Source: a virus (Duplodnaviria; Caudoviricetes). Taken from it: DNA of 64,000 nucleotides. A program made the position numbers and the translations under genes. The notes beneath the pieces were generated by a model that saw only the letters and a list, made by a program, of their open reading frames with translations, made no database searches and was not told the DNA's origin. The stretch's first letter is position 1, and each line of letters starts with the position of its first letter. The stretch lies in IMG/VR virus record IMGVR_UViG_3300020047_006434, positions 1 to 64,000 of that record; one strand, written 5' to 3'. Below are positions 54,154 through 63,027 of the stretch, piece after piece.

Positions 54154-56475
54154 CTACGTCCCCTTTACTGATCCTGAACTAAACATACCTTCTACGGTGC
54201 CAGCGGCTGTAACACCGTGTACCGTGCCATATACCGCAATCAGCGCCGTAATCACACCGGCTGCCGAGAGTGTCATAACCCCTAAACTGATGGTAGCAAC
54301 GCCGGCAATTGGCGCTCCGCCTGCTGTGGCAACGAGTGAGAGCGCATCCAGCGGAATTGACGCACTACCGGCAACCGGATTCTGCGCTGTGGCCGTTAGC
54401 GATAGTGCATCTAGCGCTTTGTCGAATCCGCCAACAACAGGAACAACACCGGCTGCGTTGATGGCCAGCGTACCCAGCGTCACATTTGCACTAGCGATAA
54501 CAGCGACCGCACCGGCTGATGTACTGACAAGAGCGCCTAGTGTGACGGTCGCCTGACCAACGACGGCCACGGCTCCTACTGCGCTACTGGTCAATGCGCC
54601 TAATGTAATCGCTGCTTCGCCAACAAAGTCGGCTGATGCATAGCCTTCGCCGGCTGCCGTTATCGCGCCTAATGTAATCGCCGCCTCGCCAACGACTGCC
54701 ACAGCGCCAGCCGCCTCGCTGGTCAGTGTTTCCAACGTGATGGCCGCCGCTGCATTGTTGGTGATGCCACCCGCGGCTGCTAGGCTAAGGCTGCCCAGCG
54801 TAATGGCTGCTGTACCTACAACCGGCGCTATACCAGCAGCGCTGACCGTTAGCGCCGCCAACGTGACAGCGGCGCTGCCAACCACAGGATTGATTGCAAC
54901 GGCAACGAGCGCCAATGATCCCAGCGTGACATCGGCTGCGCCAGCAACGGCAATTACGCCAGTGGCCGTGCCGCTCAGTGCATCCAACGTCTTTGCCAGT
55001 GCGCCAACTACATCGACAGCGCCGGTTGCCGTAGTTGTCAATGCGCCTAGTGTGGGCGTGGCGGCGCCAGCAATGGCGACTGTTCCAGCCGCAGAAGATA
55101 CGACAGGCCCTAATGTGACACTGGACGTACCAGCGACGGCAACAACACCGGCGCTACTACTGGTTAGCGCGTCCAGTGTTTTCGACAGCGAGCCGACGAC
55201 CTCATTCGTCTGCACTGTACCGGCTGCTGAAACCGTCAATGCGCCAAGCGTGACCGCTGATGCGCCGGTTGTAGCTTCCGTGCTAATGGCCCACACGATC
55301 ATGTAGCGCCCGCTGGCCTGCACGGTCGTGTAGTTGAGCGTATAGCCGGTGCTGTCCAGGCTATATGTCGATGTCACTAAGCCGTTCGTACCATCCGGTA
55401 ACGGCAAGATCAGTGGAACGTTATCGGACAGACTTTGTGCATCGGTAGTTGCGCTGCCATCCTCATCAGCAATTGCCGTCGAAAATGCCGCCGTAGACGA
55501 AAAGCCGGAGAAGCCCAACGCCAGACTGTTAGCGCTTGTGCTCTGGATAGTGCCGGTGGCCGACAGATGTGATGAAAGCAGTGTAACAAAATTCGGAGTG
55601 AAGCCCGGAGCGGTATTAGCTGCATTGCCGGTCGATGTGGGACTGGCCACGGTGCCAACGTAGCTGCTTGCCTTTCCTCCGTAATTGAGCGCCAGATAGC
55701 CAAAAATCTGAGCGCCGGCCCCATGCGATTTCACTTTGAAGCCATCGCTTAAAAATGCCGACAGTTCGTAGGAGCGACTGAGCGAACCGCCGGATAGGAT
55801 GGCCCCTATCCGCGTGGTGTAGAGTGCGCCATCCGTCACGCTGCCACTACTGCCATCGGTCGATTGATGCGCTACCACTCCCTGATCAATGCTGGTCCCG
55901 TTGTGCGCCATGCCTAGCTGCGGCGCAGCCCCGGCATCAGATGTATTGTTCCAAGCGGTATGGCCGATTGCCGAAAAAATAACATCATTCGGCGTAAACG
56001 TGGTGGTGGTCGTGACCTCAGCTTGATCCGTGGTGCTAGCGCTTATTGTGCCAGCTTTTACCGACAAATCCGAACCGGCAAAGAAAACGACCGTGAACAG
56101 GAAAGCCGTACCGATGCTGTCGGTCCAGTTGATGCGAATGCCGTTGGTCAGCCAAGAGGAGAATTCAGCGTCACCAGATAGAGCGCCGGTGGTTGTGTTA
56201 AGAATTTGAAAAACGCGCGTGTTGCTGCTGCGGCTATAAACATCGCTGGTTGTCTGCCCGTTGCGGATGATGGATGTAGTTGCCCATTGACTCGTGCCAT
56301 CGGTGGCGCCGATGCTCATCTGCGCGTGATTCGCAGCGCTACCGTCTGCGGTGGCAGAAGACAAAATAAAAATAGCCGCCTTAGGGGTTAAGCCCCCAAG
56401 GTCGGTTGTTGTAATGTCTTGCGTGCCACCTGATGTGCCACAGGCGACACGGGTAACGGCAACGGTAACGGGCAT
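54154..56475 (-). CDS. virion/adhesin-like protein with about 16 x 21-aa repeats
   Basis: Repeat G-x-A-x-h-TL-x-x-L-x-x-x-A-x-G-x-h-x-V-V. Confidence 0.75.
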   Translation of the reverse strand: MPVTVAVTRVACGTSGGTQDITTTDLGGLTPKAAIFILSSATADGSAANHAQMSIGATDGTSQWATTSIIRNGQTTSDVYSRSSNTRVFQILNTTTGALSGDAEFSSWLTNGIRINWTDSIGTAFLFTVVFFAGSDLSVKAGTISASTTDQAEVTTTTTFTPNDVIFSAIGHTAWNNTSDAGAAPQLGMAHNGTSIDQGVVAHQSTDGSSGSVTDGALYTTRIGAILSGGSLSRSYELSAFLSDGFKVKSHGAGAQIFGYLALNYGGKASSYVGTVASPTSTGNAANTAPGFTPNFVTLLSSHLSATGTIQSTSANSLALGFSGFSSTAAFSTAIADEDGSATTDAQSLSDNVPLILPLPDGTNGLVTSTYSLDSTGYTLNYTTVQASGRYMIVWAISTEATTGASAVTLGALTVSAAGTVQTNEVVGSLSKTLDALTSSSAGVVAVAGTSSVTLGPVVSSAAGTVAIAGAATPTLGALTTTATGAVDVVGALAKTLDALSGTATGVIAVAGAADVTLGSLALVAVAINPVVGSAAVTLAALTVSAAGIAPVVGTAAITLGSLSLAAAGGITNNAAAAITLETLTSEAAGAVAVVGEAAITLGAITAAGEGYASADFVGEAAITLGALTSSAVGAVAVVGQATVTLGALVSTSAGAVAVIASANVTLGTLAINAAGVVPVVGGFDKALDALSLTATAQNPVAGSASIPLDALSLVATAGGAPIAGVATISLGVMTLSAAGVITALIAVYGTVHGVTAAGTVEGMFSSGSVKGT

Positions 56476-56483
56476 CTGTTACT

Positions 56484-56729
56484 TCAACCCCACAACACTT
56501 TATCTACATAGCTGCGCTTTTGTGCTACCGGCTCCAGACCAAAACTAACATCCTGGCTGGCCTGCGCTTGTGGCTCACCACCTGGGGCAAGTAGTTTCAG
56601 CAACACAGGCACGGATGCCACCAACACAGGCGCCCACGGGAAGCCAGCGCCAGCGCCCGATGTAAAGTAGTCCACTGCCCACGCAGCGACGGCCAAAAGT
56701 AAACTGTAAATGATGCCTGGTAGTTTCAT
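56484..56729 (-). CDS. holin-like two-TM protein
   Basis: Two hydrophobic segments, charged C-terminus. Confidence 0.55.
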   Translation of the reverse strand: MKLPGIIYSLLLAVAAWAVDYFTSGAGAGFPWAPVLVASVPVLLKLLAPGGEPQAQASQDVSFGLEPVAQKRSYVDKVLWG

Positions 56730-56730
56730 G

Positions 56731-57054
56731 TCAATCCATCCTTTCATCTGACTCTATAACTAAATACGTGCGTCCATACAATAGCTCAAATAACAGGCTA
56801 AAGACTGCCCATAGTGCAATGGCCAGCCTAACCAACACGACCGTGGTTGCTGTGCGCCATAGCGGATCTGGACCAGACCCGACAATCAGCAGCGCTAACG
56901 CTACAGCCAGTGCGACATTCGCCGGGATGCCAACCAGGTAAAATGTGCTGCCAAAGCGCCGATAGTCAAACAGATAGCGGATCACCTTGAGCATCGCTGC
57001 GATAAAGGCCAAAAAATAGCAGCCGGCCAACAATTGCGCTAGGCAGCCTCTCAC
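56731..57054 (-). CDS. three-TM membrane protein
   Basis: Three hydrophobic segments. Confidence 0.55.
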   Translation of the reverse strand: MRGCLAQLLAGCYFLAFIAAMLKVIRYLFDYRRFGSTFYLVGIPANVALAVALALLIVGSGPDPLWRTATTVVLVRLAIALWAVFSLLFELLYGRTYLVIESDERMD

Positions 57055-57251
57055 GGCGTCACCCCCGCCCATTGCAGAACGCTGTCAGCGTTGTAGCCAA
57101 GCACAGCCACGGCCACAATCACCACCACGGTGATGACGACAAGTTTGACAGTGCGGCCGTACTCCGCCTCAACGCTGTCGAGAAACGGCACGGGATTCAA
57201 TTTGGATAAAATGGCGGCGATGGTCTGCAACAATGGAATAAGTTTTTGCAT
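57051..57251 (-). CDS. small membrane protein
   Basis: GAGG RBS; one TM. Confidence 0.55.
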   Translation of the reverse strand: MQKLIPLLQTIAAILSKLNPVPFLDSVEAEYGRTVKLVVITVVVIVAVAVLGYNADSVLQWAGVTP

Positions 57252-57273
57252 GGTGACCTCACTAAAAACAGTA

Positions 57274-57354
57274 TGGTGGCCCAGTCGGGAATTGAACCCG
57301 CCACTATTAGGAATGCTCCCGGCTAGCCTCACCGATAGTACAACCCCATAGACC
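57274..57354 (-). ncRNA. 81-nt tRNA-like RNA with encoded CCA
   Basis: Acceptor GGTCTA/TGGGCC+A+CCA, T arm CGGG-TTCAATT-CCCG, hairpin TCGGT-GAGGCTA-GCCGG; no D stem. Confidence 0.6.
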
Positions 57355-57372
57355 AGCCAGGATGCCGAGTAG

Positions 57373-57490
57373 TAGTGTGGGCCGGAATCGAACCGGCGTT
57401 CAGTGATACGGTGCCCTGATAACTGTTAGCCTTACAGTGACCGCTTTGCTAGGTTCCAGCCTGCGTGTCCCCAAACCACGCCGCCACACT
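57373..57490 (-). ncRNA. 118-nt tRNA-like RNA with expanded core
   Basis: Perfect acceptor AGTGTGG/CCACACT+A, D-like GCGTG-GTTTGGGGA-CACGC, ACTGT-AAGGCTA-ACAGT, T arm GCCGG-TTCGATT-CCGGC. Confidence 0.7.
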
Positions 57491-57560
57491 TCACTGTTGA
57501 GACGCATTCTCAATTACAGTATTGTAGCATAGGTTGACGCAAAATTCAACAATCATGCTC

Positions 57561-58292
57561 CTATCGCAGCACCAGCTTTTCAGCCTGCCGATAATCCAAC
57601 GCCAACTTAGCTTCATCAAACGCCCGTGGAACATCCATGCCGGCGGCATGGAGTTGATAGAACTGCTGCGCAAACTCCACGGCGGCGGCATCCTCTATTT
57701 CGCCCGTCACAGCTACCACATGCTGAATCCCGGCACGCTTCATGGCGTCAGCTACACTGTGATCACTGAAGCAAGCGAGGATGACCGCCACATTGACACC
57801 GCGCCCGGTTAGCACCCGTTGCCACCATCCGGCACTCAGTTGCAGGTCGTTAATGATAATGTGTTCTGCATCACCGTGACTGCCGATTTCAATGGCAGTA
57901 ATGCCGCCGATCCGCAACTCTCGCAGAATGTTGGCGCGGGTCGCTGATTCACCTGTTAGCGCACGGTATTCAACACCGGAATCATACACGGCGTCACGTT
58001 CGCTACCGGAATCAATGTTCGACACTGGCCAAATGCCAAGCACGACTACATGCGGCTTAGACTTGACGACCTGCGCCCGCAATTCGTCTAATTCACTTCT
58101 CAGATCCTGAATAAGCCGGTTGGCTGCTGCCAGGTCTGCCAATAGTTGATTGCGCTCGCCTGTGAGCCATTGCACCTGTTGCCGCAATTCTCGCACCTCT
58201 TTCGTGCCGGTAAAACCCCACCCCTGGCGCTGGGCGATGACGAAGAGAGCGAACGACAACGCAACAGAGATTACAATAGTCCACGCTTCCAT
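57561..58292 (-). CDS. membrane-anchored CHAT (caspase-like) protease
   Basis: N-terminal TM, coiled coil, then GSHG (His) and VILACFS (Cys) dyad, VVAV...EDAAAVEFAQQFY. Confidence 0.82.
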   Translation of the reverse strand: MEAWTIVISVALSFALFVIAQRQGWGFTGTKEVRELRQQVQWLTGERNQLLADLAAANRLIQDLRSELDELRAQVVKSKPHVVVLGIWPVSNIDSGSERDAVYDSGVEYRALTGESATRANILRELRIGGITAIEIGSHGDAEHIIINDLQLSAGWWQRVLTGRGVNVAVILACFSDHSVADAMKRAGIQHVVAVTGEIEDAAAVEFAQQFYQLHAAGMDVPRAFDEAKLALDYRQAEKLVLR

Positions 58293-58293
58293 A

Positions 58294-58461
58294 CTATTCG
58301 CCCCACTCATCCATTGGCACAGCCTTGACTTGCCCGTTGGCCATGCCGGCGCAGATGTCTTCCAGCACAGCAATCTGCTGCCGCTGATACCACGCGAACA
58401 GACCTAACGCCAACGTTGACACGGCAAACGCACCAACCAAAAACGCCAACGTTGTAATCAT
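58294..58461 (-). CDS. 55-aa single-TM protein (not in ORF track)
   Basis: MITTLAFLVGAFAVSTLALGLFAWYQRQ. Confidence 0.55.
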   Translation of the reverse strand: MITTLAFLVGAFAVSTLALGLFAWYQRQQIAVLEDICAGMANGQVKAVPMDEWGE

Positions 58462-58700
58462 CTTCCATCCCCCTCGTACTGCCGTAATACCGTAGACATA
58501 TTCATGGCTAGCACATTTAGCGCACGCAGTTGCTCAGCCTGTGTCTTGGCTATCGCTTCCAGTTGCGCCACCCGTTGCTCCATCGCCGTAGCGTGCTGCG
58601 TGGCTGCGTCGAGCGCATTGGTCAGCCGCGCCACATCATAGGCAAGTTGAACGAAGCGTTGATCATTCGTTGATCTATCGTTGTTCCATAGCCAGGTCAT
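58458..58700 (-). CDS. coiled-coil hypothetical protein
   Basis: Heptad pattern. Confidence 0.5.
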   Translation of the reverse strand: MTWLWNNDRSTNDQRFVQLAYDVARLTNALDAATQHATAMEQRVAQLEAIAKTQAEQLRALNVLAMNMSTVLRQYEGDGR

Positions 58701-58932
58701 TGACACCCGTTGCCTCCCCGCTAATCCCATCTGCCACCACATACCCGTCCTGTTGCCCGTCATACGTCACCGCATACCAGGCGCTGTCAGGCCCGCACGG
58801 ACAGCCATGCACCCGCACCGTGTCACCGTGGACAATGGTGCGCACTACCGACGCCGTTGCGTGTGGCCGTGTGCGCAGGTCAACGCCGGATGGTGCGATG
58901 ACGTGGCCAGTCCATGTGGCGGCGGCGTTCAT
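58675..58932 (-). CDS. bacterial SH3 (SH3b) domain protein
   Basis: VDLRTRPHATASVVRTIVHGDTVRV...WYAVTYDGQQDGYV. Confidence 0.75.
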   Translation of the reverse strand: MNAAATWTGHVIAPSGVDLRTRPHATASVVRTIVHGDTVRVHGCPCGPDSAWYAVTYDGQQDGYVVADGISGEATGVNDLAMEQR

Positions 58933-59543
58933 TCGGCTGGCTCCCACGGGGCGACGACTGGCCCCCACCACTGGCCGGAAAACCATTTAATATCCTCAAA
59001 TTGACCACCGTCCCAGCCGGGCAACCATGCCAGGATTTCGACACTGTAGGCCAGGATTTCAGGATCATCGGTGACCATAACCGGCGTTAAATCGGCAAGA
59101 TCACGAGCATGGCAGCGGCCTTTGAACCAGTACCGTCCTGGCATTGTGGGCGCTTCCGTCTCCCCGTTGCGGTGACTGTACGCCACCGTCGTCCGTAGTT
59201 CGGACTGAAGAGCGAGCTTGTCCTCACTGGTTAGCACCGTGTCAAAAATCTCCCACATGCATTCGGACCAATCAATGTTATCCAGCCTGCCATTCATGTC
59301 AAAACGAAACTGAACAATCGCCGCGATATCCTTGTCTTGCTCAGGCGTGATATTGAACCGGCTATCATCCCGCTTTGCCACTCGCTGCCACACGCCCACA
59401 GCCACGTCCTGCTGGCTAAATGACCGCGTGCTGATGCCGCAGACCAGGTTGCTGCATTGGACCGACCAGCAAAGGTGAGGGTCGGTGACGTTTTTGATGA
59501 GGTGGGCGGGACTGCCACAGTGTTTGCAGTGTGATAGTTTCAT
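58929..59543 (-). CDS. Lar-like zinc-finger fused to a paralog of 22248-22490
   Basis: CKHCGS...VQCSNLVCG; C-terminal HRNGETEAPTMPGRYWF...GQWWGPVVAPW. Confidence 0.65.
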   Translation of the reverse strand: MKLSHCKHCGSPAHLIKNVTDPHLCWSVQCSNLVCGISTRSFSQQDVAVGVWQRVAKRDDSRFNITPEQDKDIAAIVQFRFDMNGRLDNIDWSECMWEIFDTVLTSEDKLALQSELRTTVAYSHRNGETEAPTMPGRYWFKGRCHARDLADLTPVMVTDDPEILAYSVEILAWLPGWDGGQFEDIKWFSGQWWGPVVAPWEPAE

Positions 59544-59740
59544 GGTAGCACCCGATGCTGTGTAAAGACGACCTGCGACGGCGAACCATTGATGCGCTCA
59601 ATATCCAGCCCGTCAAAGTCGTTGAATTCATCAGAGTCATTAGACGCCAGATCGCATTGCGTGCGGAATGCCTCTAAATCTTCTAGCGCCACAATGTACC
59701 AATGCCCTTCGTTGTCTTTGGCGATCACGTATTCTGTCAT
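59540..59740 (-). CDS. small acidic protein
   Basis: KDNEGHWYIV motif; ATGA overlap. Confidence 0.6.
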   Translation of the reverse strand: MTEYVIAKDNEGHWYIVALEDLEAFRTQCDLASNDSDEFNDFDGLDIERINGSPSQVVFTQHRVLP

Positions 59741-60342
59741 TTGCCACCTTGCCATTCGTTCACAATCGCCCACAGTTTGCGAATCTCCACCCAGGCCGCT
59801 TCCAACGTGTCAGGCTGTGTCGGCGGGTCAATCGGTGGGGTGATGGTGCCGGCAGTCTCCATTGTCCAGGTAGCAAACCAAGAGACGTGCAACTGAAACG
59901 GCAAACCTGCACCGACAACCATATCGGCTTTGACTCCTGCTGGCTTCCATGCCCACGGACCCCGTTGTCCCTGGTCGGGGAAATAACGAGACGACGACCA
60001 CATGACAATGTTAGCCCAGCCGCTGCGCTGTTTGGCGCTGACGGTAACGTGATTGCCTCCGTCCTGCCAGGTATAAAACTCAATCGGGAAATTGCCAACC
60101 ATCTGGCCATCACGCTGCACGCCACCAAATAAGTGATGGTCAGCGCCGGCATCATCGAAAGCGCTAGACAGGTATGCATCCCGCGCCCATTGTGGCAACG
60201 CGCCAGGCTTGCTGGATACTTCCCACGAGCCGTCACGGGTTGTCCAAATGTCTTTCACCCGATAAACCACGTCACCCGGACGCGCATCATACGCCTGCAC
60301 GCTGATGTTGAACTTTCGTGCATCGTCGCTAATTCGTGCCAT
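59737..60342 (-). CDS. first late gene, unknown Trp-rich domain + coiled-coil tail
   Basis: GGAGGA RBS; Pro linker; no recognised catalytic motif. Confidence 0.7.
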   Translation of the reverse strand: MARISDDARKFNISVQAYDARPGDVVYRVKDIWTTRDGSWEVSSKPGALPQWARDAYLSSAFDDAGADHHLFGGVQRDGQMVGNFPIEFYTWQDGGNHVTVSAKQRSGWANIVMWSSSRYFPDQGQRGPWAWKPAGVKADMVVGAGLPFQLHVSWFATWTMETAGTITPPIDPPTQPDTLEAAWVEIRKLWAIVNEWQGGK

Positions 60343-60421
60343 CGTTGTAATCCTCCATGCCCCAACTAACAAAAAGCGCCACGGGCTGCATCGGCTGCGG
60401 CGCGTGGCGTTGACGTAGCAC

Positions 60422-60430
60422 CATTATAGC
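60422..60430 (-). promoter_or_regulatory. extended -10 late promoter
   Basis: TGCTATAAT on the - strand upstream of the late operon. Confidence 0.55.
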
Positions 60431-60614
60431 ATAGCAGCCTTACAATCGCAACTAGTTGAGATGCATTCTCATTTACAGTATCGTGATTTGGGCGTAATTC
60501 CTTCGCGAACGCGGATTATTTGGAGAAGATACACTAAAGGTAGTAGTTGACGGTGGCGTAAGTGGAGGAATAAATGAATAGGATTCATTGTTTTCAAATT
60601 CGCCAAATTGCCTA

Positions 60615-60644
60615 TTGACAACAGTTATTATTCCGTGGTATAAT
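60615..60644 (+). promoter_or_regulatory. strong early promoter
   Basis: TTGACA-18 nt-TATAAT with TG extension. Confidence 0.8.
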
Positions 60645-60689
60645 TATCTTAGGAAAGCAAAACGGATAGAGCAGAAAGGACAACTGAAT

Positions 60690-60896
60690 ATGTTTAGCGA
60701 ACGATGGTTAGACAGCCTGGACAAGATGTATGCCGATGCAAAGCCCCGCCGTATCTCTGTCAACATGGCAGCGCACAATGCTTGGGACGTAGGCACGACG
60801 GTTCTCTTCCATGTACCAGAGATTGATCGCTGGATTGCCTACGAGAATATCAAGCAGGATAAAGTGGGCGCATACATTGAGGTGACAGTCGGCTAA
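60690..60896 (+). CDS. small early protein
   Basis: GAAAGGA RBS. Confidence 0.7.
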   Translation: MFSERWLDSLDKMYADAKPRRISVNMAAHNAWDVGTTVLFHVPEIDRWIAYENIKQDKVGAYIEVTVG

Positions 60897-60972
60897 CTTC
60901 AGCCGCGATTCTCATAGGCAACTATGAGGATTGCGAGTGCAGTTAGTAACACACGAAAGGATAAGGCAGGGT

Positions 60973-61173
60973 ATGTTTAGCGATAATGTAACATTCTGGA
61001 TTTACACGAACGACGGGCGCAAGGTTGGCGAGTTTCAGGTAGGCAAAACCTTGTTCTCCCCAGAAAACGAATGGCCAAGAATTGAGGCGACCTTGAACAT
61101 TGCGCACTGGAATACTTGTCGCGACCTCGGTCTTGACTACAAGCAACACAACTACTGCATCGCAGCAGCGTAA
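60973..61173 (+). CDS. small early protein, paralog 2 of the WIYTxDGR family
   Basis: FWIYTNDGRKVGEF...HNYCIAAA. Confidence 0.8.
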   Translation: MFSDNVTFWIYTNDGRKVGEFQVGKTLFSPENEWPRIEATLNIAHWNTCRDLGLDYKQHNYCIAAA

Positions 61174-61227
61174 GACGAAACAGGCACCCCCGCCTGTCGC
61201 TAGCTAAGTGGCTAGCCTGATGAGTCT
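61173..61227 (+). ncRNA. type II hammerhead ribozyme
   Basis: AGAC-GAAA-CAGGC(ACCCCC)GCCTG-TC-GCTAGC(TAAGTG)GCTAGC-CTGATGA-GTCT. Full core; GUC cleavage triplet ends at 61198. Confidence 0.9.
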
Positions 61228-61246
61228 CAAGTGAAAGGAACGAACG

Positions 61247-61435
61247 ATGAACGTAACAAGAACACCCATGAATGCTGTCGCAATCCACACCGCAACACAA
61301 TGCATTGAGGTAAGCGAAGGGCAGAAGTTCTATGAAACGCCAAAGGCCATTGAACTTTGGCAAGAGGAACCAGAGCTCCGGTTCCTCAAACGGTGGTCGA
61401 AGGGTAAGCAAGTCTTATGGGTAACTGAACGTTAA
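61247..61435 (+). CDS. small early protein
   Basis: GAAAGGA RBS. Confidence 0.65.
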   Translation: MNVTRTPMNAVAIHTATQCIEVSEGQKFYETPKAIELWQEEPELRFLKRWSKGKQVLWVTER

Positions 61436-61688
61436 AATCATCGCAGCCAGCAGCCCCGGCAGAAAGGAGGTGACACCGCCCACGTTGGGCGTACACATAT
61501 AGCAAGGATAGGCACATGTACAAGGCAATGTATACGATTCAGTTGGCACTCTATGCCCAGCCAGACGCCAAGATAGCGAACGGCATCTACTGGACAGGAG
61601 TATGGGTAAGATTATTTGTTTGGATATGGAAAGGATAGAGAGATGCAACAGTACACAGTCAGTTACAGGGTAACGAAAGGATAACAGT

Positions 61689-61949
61689 ATGACCGTAAAA
61701 CAATTAGACGCTACCACAAAAGAGGAAATCTTAGAAGCCGCCGCACACTGGCGCACACTGGCGCAGGAAGAGCGGAATACAGGCGACTACGAAGTTAAAG
61801 CTGGTATCAGTGATGGAAAAGTACATCGCAACCGAGCAAGTCTTTACGATGAGGTGGCTGTCACGCTAGACATTCAAGCGCGGACGGGGATAGGGGTACA
61901 ACCCTTCAATCATAAGCCTTATGGCGAAGGGTTCACGTTTCAACAGTAA
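61689..61949 (+). CDS. small early protein
   Basis: GAAAGGA RBS. Confidence 0.65.
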   Translation: MTVKQLDATTKEEILEAAAHWRTLAQEERNTGDYEVKAGISDGKVHRNRASLYDEVAVTLDIQARTGIGVQPFNHKPYGEGFTFQQ

Positions 61950-61964
61950 CGAAAGGAACACAGT

Positions 61965-62228
61965 ATGAATCAGATGAATCTACTAGGCGAAGAGCAAGGC
62001 GCCCCACTCTTTAGCCAGCCGCAACGCAGCGTCATTCATCTAACCCTGACCGGGTACTATGCAGGCACACCGGTTTGTGGTGCCAACAAAGCGCAGGCCA
62101 AGGCTAACGGCGATGAGTTCTATCATGCGATGTACTTTAATGATTGGACTAACGCCCGCCTTTGCCCCCACTGCAAAGCCGAATGGGACGCCGCAGCCGA
62201 TGAGCCAAGCGACCCGCTGTTCACCTAA
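61965..62228 (+). CDS. small early protein with Cys pairs
   Basis: PVCG...LCPHC; GAAAGGA RBS. Confidence 0.7.
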   Translation: MNQMNLLGEEQGAPLFSQPQRSVIHLTLTGYYAGTPVCGANKAQAKANGDEFYHAMYFNDWTNARLCPHCKAEWDAAADEPSDPLFT

Positions 62229-62346
62229 CCCAACACATCGCAGCCGCAGCCCGGCACCCTTTATCCGTACTCCCTGTGTGACAAGTGCAGGGTACCCAAG
62301 CCGAGAGTCAAAGGGCCAACCAATAGACACATGAAAGGATAGAACG

Positions 62347-62571
62347 ATGATTACCTACTGGATTTGCACAAAGGATAGGCGACATGTTGGCGAGTTTAGC
62401 ATAAGCGAGGAATCGGTAATGGTGGGTATGGGTGTAGTAAAGAGAGACGACAAAATAACGCAGACGGCAATGCGCATGGGCGCAAAGTTCATTCTCTCCA
62501 ATTACCTGCTCGCCTGCTTGCGGCTAGGTATTGACCCAGAGCTACACACCTATTGCCTAGCGTCAACATAA
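62347..62571 (+). CDS. small early protein, paralog 3 of the WIYTxDGR family
   Basis: YWICTKDRRHVGEF...HTYCLAS. Confidence 0.75.
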   Translation: MITYWICTKDRRHVGEFSISEESVMVGMGVVKRDDKITQTAMRMGAKFILSNYLLACLRLGIDPELHTYCLAST

Positions 62572-62586
62572 TTCGGAAAGGACATC

Positions 62587-63027
62587 ATGACGAGCAAGCC
62601 AACCAAGCAGCAGGATTTAGAAGCACTACAAAACCGTATCATTATCGCCATGTCAGCAGGCAACACCAACGAACTGGCACAATTAGTAGACGCTCGCGAG
62701 ATGGCGCGCAGCAGCAAGAAGTCAGTGGCCGAATGCGAAGCAGCTATTCGTAAACTGTATGCCGATGTTGCCAGCGGTACGCACCCCTATGTAGCAGAGA
62801 TTGTGACGGCTATGCATATGAATATCGGTCAACGCGTGGTCATCGACCAGCAATTTGTAAGCGGCGTCTGCGACGGGCAGAACTTCGGGCCATCCACTGT
62901 CGCAGAACTGCAAGCCCTGGTGGGCAGGCAGGCAACGATAATCGCAATCGCAAGGGCGGGCTACACGATTGCGATTGATGGACTGGAAGGGCTTTTCCCT
63001 GTTCGCTGTCATGAGGTGACCGCATGA
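62587..63027 (+). CDS. early hypothetical protein
   Basis: GAAAGGA RBS; 146 aa. Confidence 0.7.
   Translation: MTSKPTKQQDLEALQNRIIIAMSAGNTNELAQLVDAREMARSSKKSVAECEAAIRKLYADVASGTHPYVAEIVTAMHMNIGQRVVIDQQFVSGVCDGQNFGPSTVAELQALVGRQATIIAIARAGYTIAIDGLEGLFPVRCHEVTA

Noticed and set aside
57274-57490. tmRNA
   Set aside because: Too short, no tag reading frame or pseudoknots, and no G3:U70.
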